The notes below the pieces were generated by a model. It saw only the letters and a list, made by a program, of their open reading frames with translations, made no database searches and was not told the DNA's origin. From positions 48,174,001 to 48,238,000 of the forward strand of contig OX597817.1 of NCBI GenBank assembly GCA_951406725.2: a stretch of DNA of 64,000 nucleotides, in the 5' to 3' direction. A program made the position numbers and the translations under genes. This document shows, one piece after another, positions 13,661 to 23,729 of the stretch (its first letter is position 1; the number at the start of each line of letters is the position of its first letter). This DNA is from Octopus vulgaris. Its lineage: Eukaryota.

Positions 13661-13790
13661 ATCTATATAACTATCCATCCATCCATCCATCCATCCAACC
13701 ATCCATCTATCTATCTTTCTATCTATCTACCCATCTATCCATTCATCTATCCATCCATCCATCCATCCATCTATCTATCTATCTATCTAA

Positions 13791-13873
<83 letters not shown>
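13620..13873. repeat. (TATC)n/(TCCA)n tract abutting the LINE 3-prime end
   Basis: Directly visible. Confidence 0.95.
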
Positions 13874-13874
<1 letters not shown>

Positions 13875-14590
13875 TATATTCTTCTTATTATTCCATTAGT
13901 AAATTAGCATGTGCGCTTGCTACTGCTCTTGCTTGGATCAAGTTACAACATGAGTTAGTAGTAAAAGCCTATCAATCCAGAAGCTACTGAGAGAACTATC
14001 GACCCCGAGGGGGTAAAGGCAAAATCGACTACGGCGGAATTTGAATTCAGAGCGTGAAGACGGACGAAATGCCGCTAAGCATATTACGATGCCCTCATAT
14101 GGTAAGTGTTATAAATTCCTCCATTTCCTAACCTAATTATCCTTAATCTAATGTACTAAAATTACTCTACAATTTTGTGGCTAAAGCCTTAATGACCCTC
14201 AATTCCATAGATTTAATGAACATGAAATAAACTTTCTGAGTTTAAATTCCGCCGAAGCCGACTTTGCCTTTCATCCTTTCGGGGTCGATTAAATAAGTAT
14301 CAGTTACGCACTGGAGTCGATATAATCGACTTAATCCGTTTGTCTGTCCTTGTTTGCCTCCTCTGGGTTTAGCCCCTTGTGGGCAGTAAAGAAATAGGTA
14401 TTTTGTCTGTCTTTACATTCAAATTCCGCCCAGGTCGACTTTGCCTTTCATCCTTTCGGGGTCGATAAATTAAGTACCAGTTGCGTACTGGGGTCGATTT
14501 AATCGACTGGTCCCTTCCCCCCAAATTTCGATCCTTGTGTCTAGAGTAGAAAAGAATATATATGTTATAATTAGTAATATGCCAGTATTG

Positions 14591-14835
14591 TGGAGGCGCG
14601 TGGCTTAGTGGTTAGGGTGTCAGCATCATGATCGTAGGATTGTAGTTTCGATTCCTGGACAGGGCGACTCGTTGTGTTCTTGAGCAAGTCATTTCATTTC
14701 ACATTGAACCAGTCCACTCAGCTAGCAAAAATGACTAACGCTGCGATGGACTGGCGTCTCGTCCAGCTGGGGAACACATGCGCCATAGAAACGGGGGAAC
14801 CGGGCCCATGAGCCTGGCTAGGCTTTAAAAAGGGT
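14591..14835 (+). mobile_element. tRNA-derived SINE with Meta/V-domain-like centre
   Basis: A-box TGGCTTAGTGG, B-box-like TTCGATTCC, then GTTGTGTTCTTGAGCAAG..CCAGTCCACTCAGCT..GATGGACTGGCGTC. Confidence 0.65.
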
Positions 14836-15622
14836 GCAATTATTTTATTTTAATATACCAGTATTAGCAATATACCAGGATTTATGGTTTTATTGTATTA
14901 GATCTGAATATATGGTACAGTTAGTGTAGCGTAACTGTACCATATATTCATATTTACTTTACAATTATATAAGGGTGTGTTTAAGTGAAAGTATGTATTT
15001 GTTTATATAAGAAAGCCATTTATATATTATGTATCAATATTGATTTCAAATTTTGGCACAAGGCCTGCAATTTCGTGGAGGGGATATAGTCGATAGCATC
15101 GACCCAAGTAGTCAAGTGAAGCTCATTTTAAAGACCCCCGAGGGGATGAAAAGCAAAGTCGACCACGGCGACATTTGAACTCAGAGCGTGAAGACGGACA
15201 AAATGCCGCTAAGCATATTACGATGCACTCATATGGTGAGTGTTATAAATTTCTCCATTTCCTGACCTAATTATCCTTAATCTAATGTACTAAAGTTACT
15301 CTACAATTTTGTTGCTAAATCCTTCCATCAATTTATTTTCGCGGCAAAATTTGCAACGTAAGTGAAATAGAATCGGCAGGGAATCGAAACCACATAGACA
15401 TTAAGATTCTGGTCTGAAAAGCGCTTTCTGTTATTCAAACGACCGTGTGAAGCATAAAATTGGACTCTACCTCACATTCACAAACAGTTGACTTCTAACA
15501 AAAACCAAACAAATCAAACAGAAAGGACATATTGAAGAATGAAAAACAAATAAAAAAAACCTATCAAATACCTGCTTTTTTGGTAGTAGGGCTCTTCCCT
15601 CTGCACTTAATGTGAGAATGGT

Positions 15623-15741
15623 GGGCGGAACTTTCTGACTGGTTATAAATAACTTATCTCCCCTCCCATTAACTCGTCATTGTGGTTTGTTTTAAGCCAC
15701 AAAGTGTTTAAAAGCGATAAAGAAGTCAAACAATATCAGTC
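15623..15741 (+). promoter_or_regulatory. Predicted core promoter of chitin deacetylase gene A
   Basis: GGGCGG at 15623, TATA-like TTTAAAAG at 15707, Inr-like TCAGTC at 15736 (A at 15738, 31 nt after the TATA start). All three elements occur in the same order in gene B. Confidence 0.6.
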
Positions 15742-15817
15742 TCAGCCTAAATTTCTAGCAGTACGTTTAACATTTCAAATCGACATATACGTTTATATCG
15801 ACGAATATTTCATGGAA

Positions 15818-16268
15818 ATGGGCTTTGAAGGAGTTTTTCATAAATATCAATATAAATTTTGGTTGTTATTAATTTTGGGACATGTTTTATTTATTACTCC
15901 ATCATATTCTAATGAAATTTGTGCGGCAAGTGGTGGTTTTGTGTGCCACGAAGAAAACCCTAGCCAATTCTATCGGTGCATTGGATATAAGAGGAAAATA
16001 TTAATGTCTTGCAATACAGGACTACATTTTGACCCAGAATTTAACGTCTGTAACTGGCCAAACTCTAATGATTGCAGTGCACAGATAAATCGATCAAAAA
16101 CCACCAAGTTAAATGATGTTGGAGCTGCTACAAAACCACCTACAAAGTCTGTAGTTACCACTCACGGTGTTCCTTTCAAACGAAGTTCATTACTAAGTAA
16201 AATTTTGCCAACCACTACTTCTAAACCATCAACTCATCCTCAAACTACAAAGATATTTGAACTCACAG
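15818..16268 (+). CDS. Chitin deacetylase gene A, coding exon 1 (signal peptide, CBM14/peritrophin-A domain, Thr/Ser/Pro linker)
   Basis: ATG 15818 (MGF) is conserved with the paralog; an in-frame ATG at 15812 is an alternative. Hydrophobic FWLLLILGHVLFI..SYS, six-Cys domain with FYRC..SCNTGLHFDPEFNVCNWP, donor G|GTAAGT at 16269 (phase 1). Confidence 0.9.
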
Positions 16269-17257
16269 GTAAGTAATATATTTTCAGTAATTTTACATAC
16301 CAAATCTTTCACTGAAGTTTTTATCTCTTGACATAGTTGTCATTCAAAAAGAAGGAAGTGATCTCTGATTGTCGAACTAGAGTTACATATAAATCAGTTT
16401 ACAGCACTGGTGTCTATTGAAAACTGATTTTTTTTCTCTTTTCTTTTAAACTTGAAATATTTCTTATTCCAAGCAGTCATTTAGCGTTTTGTTTCCCACG
16501 AGCAACCTGTTTTGTTTTTCTAATATTAAATTTCACAAAACGTTAATGAGTTTGCCTTTCAAATTATAACTCTCCGCCTTTTAACGATCTTTCGTATAAA
16601 TTTAATACGTTATTTTAGATACGAGGTATTGTATGCAACTATGCGCTTATGAAACAGCCGAAATATTGGTGCTATTCGTTTGGAGTAAAAGTTTAAGTCA
16701 CATATTATGTCATGCATACGTATCATTGAACTCAGTTCTCAGATTGTGTTGTGGATTGAATCCTTGAGCAATATACTTCATCTCCTGTTGCTTCAGTAAA
16801 CTCTGAAAATCAGCGTTAACATACAATTTTGGGTGATAAAATAATGGAAGTAAATTGCGATAAAATGCGTAAAACTGACACAAATGGAAGTGACGAGAGC
16901 AAAAACCCGCAATGAAAGGCCACCGAAGCAATGACACTGAGCAGATTTAAACTAGAAAATAAATTAAACTTGAAAACAATGTTTGCAAGAAATTTTTCTT
17001 TATAAGCAAAACATGTTATATGAAATCAGATTCGTGAATGACAGTTCATGGTTTCCGAATATACTTCTCCAAAAACACCCCTGCAGATACGATGTATATA
17101 AAGCACTGCCCATTCTGCATTGTCGCCTTGGCTGTTTTTGTTTATTGGCGAGCACCCATCTCACTTCGATTGTTTGAGCATGTATACTCTCATTGTTTTG
17201 ATTTACGAATTTAAAAGTATGGCTTACAACTTCATGTCTATACATATTACCTAAACT

Positions 17258-17548
17258 AATCAAAACCAGAACACAAGGGATGTCGCGGTACACGTGTTTC
17301 AAGCTTTATAAACGACCTCTTCTTACACCAGTGTATAATAGACATAAAGGATGGGTTAAAGCTCTCTTCAGCCGCATGCAATTGTTATACCAAAGAGTTA
17401 CATAATATTAGGAAAAATCCGAGAGGTACATTTAGTATTTTCCATAATGATAGGTATATCAAGTCTCCCTGAGAAAGATGTAAGAATAGGTCGTTTATAA
17501 AGCTTGAAACACATGTACCGCGACATCCTTTGTGTTCTGTTTTTGATT
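17258..17548. repeat. Intronic inverted repeat with about 70-bp arms (17258-17327 / 17479-17548)
   Basis: AATCAAAACCAGAACACAAGGGATGTCGCGGTACACGTGTTTCAAGCTTTATAAACGACC.. and its reverse complement, with few mismatches. Confidence 0.9.
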
Positions 17549-19820
17549 TCATTTGATACATATACCCTCTCACCTTTGCCACTAGCTGGCGTATACAGGT
17601 GCTTACACTTATCAAGTATTCACCCTAGATTTACAGTATTACCAAAACTAACATAGGACGCCCATCCATTGCATATCGTACGCTTCTCTACCAATAACCA
17701 CAAGGTTATAATCAACCAAAGTGTTTCCCGCCTACGATCGGCTTTCATAGACAGCCTTTGCCTGTACGTCTTTCTATTGAGTCAAACGCCCAATGACTCG
17801 CATCGTCCCACTTTCCCCAATGATATTTCCGATACATGTATTTCGATTCATCTAAATCTACGATAAAGGGAAACCCTGCGTAATCTAATCCACCGAGTTG
17901 CTGCGTAGTTACCATTTATTGCTCACAAACATTTCTCATAGTGTTACACCAATCAAAAACGGTATTATTGCTCGGTTCCTTTTTCGAAATTCTTCTCAGT
18001 CTGAGCGCAGTCTGTTAGGTGAAGATGCATGAAACGAATTAGTGTGGATAAGATTAGGTAACCGTTCTCGTGGGGGAAAAATGAGCTCTTAGGCAGCGAG
18101 TGAAACCACATCGCCAGCGCTTGCCATCAGCTCTTTCTGAACGACTCGTTAATTCTGAGCTGGCAGAATCGTTAGCATGCCTGGCGAAATGCTTAGCGAT
18201 ATTTCGTCTGCCGCTGCATTCTGCGTTCAAATTCTGCCGAGGTCAACTTTGCCTTTCATCCTTTCGGGGTCGATAAATTAAGTACCAGCTGAGCACTTAA
18301 CTTTTCCCCACAATTTCCTATAGTAGAAAAGATAAATCTACTAAGACTATTGCATCGGTTGTTTCTGAGCATACACACTAGCATGCCTCGATAAACAAAT
18401 CACGGGATCTTTTTTTCAGGGGTATTCGTTTCTGGGTATACTACCTTACAGCAGTCTGATTCAGCTACATCAGCAATATTTCAGACAAAACCAGAAGATA
18501 GAAAATTTGTTGTTGGATGTCGCATGATCGACTTATGAAGTCAGTAAATTTTTGATAAATAATGTAGAATTTATTTTGGTTAATTACTTTCATCTTGGTA
18601 TTTCACTGACATCACTCGTAGTTTATTTGTTTAATTTCTCCGGCAATTAATCGTCATTCTTTTGGACGGAGCTGCCTGTTAACCAAAATGAGTACCTATA
18701 GCACCTGGAACTAAACCCTGCAAACGACTGGCATCTTGTTAGGCGGGGCAGTGTTGTGTTCTCAGTCTAAACTACTTGAAAATCTACGTAAATTGCGACC
18801 TCATAGACTTGTAGCCTCTCAGCAAATTAAACGAAAAGAGTAATCTCTAGCAATGGAGATGTTTAAACATTCAAATAACGGGATAAAATGGAGAGTTAAG
18901 TTTTGTATTCCACAAACATCAGCTCAAGTGGTCTGTGTAATATACATTGTCTGATATGAATGCGTCAGATAGGTTAAGTTTAGTTAAGAGCCATTCAGCT
19001 AAAATGAGGTATTGTTAACATTGGTGGAAATCTCCCCATAATATTACAAAAGAACTGAAGGCGGAGAGCTAGCATATTCGTTAGCATGTTGGGCTAAATG
19101 CTTAGCGGCCTTTCTTGCGTCTTTATGCTCTGAGTTCAAATTCTGCCGAGGTCTGCTTTGCCTTTCATCCTATCCGGTTTGATAAAATATATACCATTAT
19201 ATTACTGTGTAATATACATTGACTGATATAAATGCGTCGGATAGCTTAAGTTTAGTTAATAACCATTCAGCTAAAATGAAGTATAGTTAACGTTGATGGA
19301 AATCTCTCCACGATATTAGAAAAGAACTGCGTTCACTGATATTCCTCGATAAGCAAGCCGTTGAGTCGCTTTAACAGCGGCGTTCACCGGGTGTATTTCT
19401 TCGTATAACATACACGTTCAGATCTATGTATTTCCACGAAGAATTTCAGTGATCTTTGAAATGATTACTTTATAGTGTAATATAAATATTTTCTGTTCTC
19501 TGATAGTAAAATGGTTATGTTTTCGAGATAACTGCATCATTCTGCTCTCTTGAAAATCAACCTTCCAAAAATCCCCACGGTAAATGAAATTTTTGCGCAG
19601 TTTTCTCTGATTCCACAGATTTCCCCTATTGTTTGCATAGTTGCAATTTTACCCCCGTATCAATGGTTGAAACTCCTGTTTCCTTTTTTATTGTTGTAGA
19701 TCAATAGCTCTAGGCCTCATTCCATATTAGAGTTAATTAGCAGATGTGTGTTCATATCCATTTAAAAAAAAAAAACGTTCATCTTTTGATTTGATTTTGT
19801 TTTTTGTTTTTACTTTGCAG

Positions 19821-20773
19821 GTCCCTGTCAACCAGAATATTGCAAGCTACCGAAATGTAAATGTCCTGGGCCGGAAATTCCAGGCTCATTGCCAATAAAT
19901 GCAATTCCGCAGATAATTCTATTGACTTTTGACGACGGAATTAATGAGCACAATATCGGTTATTACAGGGATTTGTTTGGTTCTAACATAACAAATCCAA
20001 ACGGCTGTCCTATTCAAGCAACATTTTTCGTTTCCGGCGATTATACTATTTATAAAGATGTGAAAGAATTATATGGCCAAGGACATGAAATAGCTTCTCA
20101 TAGCAAATCGCATAAATTTCCACACGCCTATTGGTTGAATTCTGATTACAAGACTTATTCCGATGAAATAGTTGGCATGAAAAACTGGCTTAGTGAAAAG
20201 GCCGATATTCCAGCAAAAGATATTCGTGGAATGCGCTCACCGTTTCTTGCAATGGGAAAAGATGCCCAGTTCAAAATGTTGAAAGATAATAGATTTTACT
20301 ACGATAGTTCGATGGTTACAGGTTCACTTTCTACTACTACAGAGATACCAGTATGGCCCTTTACACTTGATTACCCGGTTATCAAAAAATATTGCCTACT
20401 TAAATACTGTCCAGAGAAATCATATCCAGGATTATGGGAAGTCCCACTTATACGTTGGTACAATGACAAAGGAAGTGCTTGTTCAATGGCTGATTCCTGT
20501 ATAATTCCTCCAAACTCATCGGCTGTCGTAAATTTCTTGAAAGACAACTTTAATCGCCATTATAAAAGAAATAAGGCACCTTTCGGCATATTTTTGCATG
20601 CACCTTGGCTTAAAAATAACTTAAAACCATTGAAGAAATTTTTGGAAGAAGTTGCCCTCAAAAACGATGTATGGATTGTGACTGTGTCTCAAGCTTTGCA
20701 ATGGATTCAGAATCCAGTTCCATTGGACAAAATTTCTGAATTCAGAAATTGGAAATGTAAATTAAATAACTGA
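19821..20773 (+). CDS. Chitin deacetylase gene A, coding exon 2 (CE4 polysaccharide deacetylase catalytic domain); joined protein 467 aa
   Basis: Polypyrimidine tract and TTTGCAG acceptor at 19820 in matching phase. GPCQPEYCKLPKCKC start; motifs TFDDG, NPNGCP, HEIASHSKSH, RSPFL, YDSS, WPFTLD, MADSC, FLH; TGA at 20771-20773. Confidence 0.95.
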
Positions 20774-20911
20774 GGAGAAACAAACAAGATGATGGATATT
20801 TTATGATTCAAAATTGAAGTATTTAAATATATACTTGTTCTCGGAATTTTTACATTTTTACCATTTTTACATTTTTACCATTTCCATTTTTGCAGTTTTA
20901 TCGCTTAATTG

Positions 20912-20917
20912 AATAAA
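20912..20917 (+). terminator. Probable polyadenylation signal of gene A
   Basis: AATAAA in the context TTTTATCGCTTAA(T/C)TGAATAAATT, conserved in gene B (58599-58604, minus strand). Confidence 0.6.
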
Positions 20918-21534
20918 TTGAGATATACTGAAATATATTCTTGCTGCACTTCATAAATCAATTCATAAACAAATAACACGTATAAATAAATATACGTGTA
21001 TATTGTTTGTATGTATATATAGGTGTATATGTTTGTATGTATACATAGACGTGTATATGTTTGTATGTACATATATATATGTATTTAGATATATGTATAT
21101 ATGTGTGAATGTATATATATATGTGTATATATGCGTGTGTGTTTATGTATATATATAATGTGTATATGTATGTATATATATATATGTGTATATATAGGTA
21201 TGTATATATGTGTATATGTGTATATATATGTCTATATATATATGTGTATATATATATGTGTATCTATATGTGTGTATATATATATATATGTATATATATT
21301 CGTATATATATGTATATGTATGCATAATGGTGTATATATGCAAATATGTATGTATATATATGCGTACATATATGTGTGTATGCATATATGTGCATATATA
21401 TGTGGATATATATGTGTGTATGTATGCATATATATATGTATGTGTTTATGTAGTCATATATATATATGTATGTATGCATATGTGCGTGTGTATGTATATG
21501 TATGTATATGTGTGCATGAATGTATATGTGTATA

Positions 21535-23160
21535 CAGTGGCGGTCAAAATGTTCAGAACGGAATTGTTTTCGTCAGAAAAGTAGATATAATGTTTTTTAT
21601 CAAAGTTGTTTTATATTCTGTAATTTTCACAGACAATAAATACGATATTATTTGTTATTGCCTGAGATTTTGATGTAATTTGAGAGGATAATACAAAAGT
21701 TATGGATGATTTAGTGATTTACTGCAAAAACCCATGGCGCCCAAAATGATCAGAACGGTTGCTTTTACTCCGTGTTTTAGTATTTTTAACCGGCGAACTC
21801 TAATGTTTTGGATTTGTTTACGTGACGGTTCGTTTACTAAACATTAGTAAGAATATTTGCAGTGTACTTTGTTGATATAATGCCACTTACTCCGTTACCA
21901 ATTCGTCAGCAGATTATTAAGCTTCGAAGGAAGGATAATTTAAGTATTGGATCTATTGCAAAGATTGTTAACAAGTCAAAAAGTGTTGTACACGGTATTC
22001 TTAAGGTCTACGATGATTGTGGTTCGTGTGAAGCAAGAAAGTTTACAGGTAGGCCAAGAAAAAACGACCAAGAGAGAAGATCGTGCTATGGTGAAGTTGG
22101 TTAAAAAGGACAGATTTAAAACTGCTGCTGCTGTTTCTCGGAAAATGAGCATTTTATTGAAGAAAACTTTATCTCGAAAAACTGTGTTTCGTCGTTTAGT
22201 TGAACATGACCTACACGCAAGAGCACCTACAGTGAAGCCACTTATCAGCTCCAAGAATAAAAAAGTGTCGTCTTACCTTTGCAACCGAACATGTGTTGTG
22301 GTCTCAAGAAAAATGGCAAACGGTGCATTTCAGTGATGAATCTAAGTTTATGTTATTTGGCTCAGATGGGAAAAGGTACGTTATAGAAAAGTAGGTGAAA
22401 AATTGTCGCCTAAATGCCTTAAGACTAGGGTTAAATTCGGTGGAGGAAGTGTCATGGTTTGGGGGATGATATCTGGAGATGGTGTGGGCCCTTTGGTGCG
22501 ATTACATGGAAAGGTAAATGCAGGAGTTTATAAACAACTTGTAAAAGATCATGTCTTGCCTGTGTTGAGATATTTAACTAAGCGACCACCCATATTCATG
22601 CAGGACAATGCCCCATGTCACAAGGCTAAGGTGGTCATAAACTTTCTCAAGGCTGAAAAGGTTATTGTTATGGATTGGCCTGCTCAAAGCCCAGATCTCA
22701 TCAATCCTATTGAAAATGTGTGGAATATTCTAGGAGAACGTTCGAAAGCCAGAAATCCTAAAACAACTGAGCAATTATGGAATGCCCTTCAGGAAGAATG
22801 GAATAAGATCACCCAGCAAGAAATTGAAAATTTAATTTCCTCATGCAGTCGAAGATGTCAGAGTGTAAAGGGCTTCACACTAAATATTAAATAATTCCAG
22901 TATTCTCTGTCATTTTTGATTATTTTGTTATTTTTTCAATCGTTCTGATTATTTTGGCCGCCATGGGTTTTGCAATAAATCACTAAATCATCCATAACTT
23001 TTGTATTATCCTCTCAAATTACACCAAAATATCAGACAATAACAATTAATATTGTATTTATTGTCTGTGAAAATTATAGAATATAAAACTACTTTGATAA
23101 AAACTTATACCTACTTTTCTGACGAAAACAATGCCGTTCTGAACATTTTGACCGTAACTG
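21535..23160 (+). mobile_element. Full-length Tc1 (DD34E-type) transposon with IR/DR-type long TIRs and a frameshifted transposase (about 21880-22894)
   Basis: TA|CAGT...ACTG|TA ends and about 220-bp TIRs. Motifs GRPRK, FSDESKF, KFGGGSVMVWG, FMQDNAPCH, WPAQSPDL-NPIENVW are spread over several frameshifted segments. Confidence 0.95.
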
Positions 23161-23178
23161 TATGTGTCTGTGTGAATG

Positions 23179-23245
<67 letters not shown>

Positions 23246-23729
23246 ATGTATATATGTATATATGAATATGTGTGTATGTATATGTGTGTATGTGTGGCTG
23301 TGTGGTAAATAGCTTGCTAACCAACCACATGGTTCCGGGTTCAGTCCCACTGCGTGGCATCTTGGGCAAGTGTCTTCTACTCTAGCCTCGGGCCGACCAA
23401 TGCGTTGTGAGTGGATTTGGTAGATGGAAACTGAAAGAAGCCTGTCGTATATATGTATATATATATATATGTATGTGTGTATGTTTGTGTGTCTGTGTTT
23501 GTCCCCCTAGCATTGCTTGACAACCGATGCTGGTGTGTTTACGTCCCCGTCACCTAGCGGTTCGGCAAAAAGAGACCGATAGAATAAATACTGGGCTTAC
23601 AAAGAATAAGTCCCGGGGTCGATTTGCTCGACTAAAGGCGGTGCTCCAGCATGGCCGCAGTCAAATGACTGAAACAAGTAAAAGAAAAAAAATGAAAAAG
23701 AATATATATATATATATATATATATATAC

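Noticed and set aside
14591-14670. tRNA genes (also 35505-35580 and 46587-46650)
   Set aside because: tRNA-like heads continue into SINE bodies and lack a complete cloverleaf.
15680-15817. N-terminal extension of the ORF-track protein 15680..16276
   Set aside because: It starts at TTG, overlaps the predicted TATA/Inr and is not open in the paralog. The signal peptide fits ATG 15818.
16983-17177. Conserved 64-aa ORF shared with 60702..60896 as an extra exon or micro-gene
   Set aside because: TTG start and no recognisable domain. The flanking non-coding DNA is equally conserved, so it is explained by the conversion tract.
19889-20773. Stand-alone bacterial-type or horizontally acquired deacetylase ORF (also 58792..59637)
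   Set aside because: The TTG starts are internal to a spliced exon. Canonical splice sites and the Cys-rich CKLPKCKC, NPNGCP and WPFTLD motifs indicate the metazoan CDA family.
20990-21534. Long ORFs rich in Y/I/C/V/M/H/T here and at 27299-28042, 36014-36902, 13588-13899, 62624-63003 and elsewhere
   Set aside because: Translations of microsatellites and low-complexity DNA.
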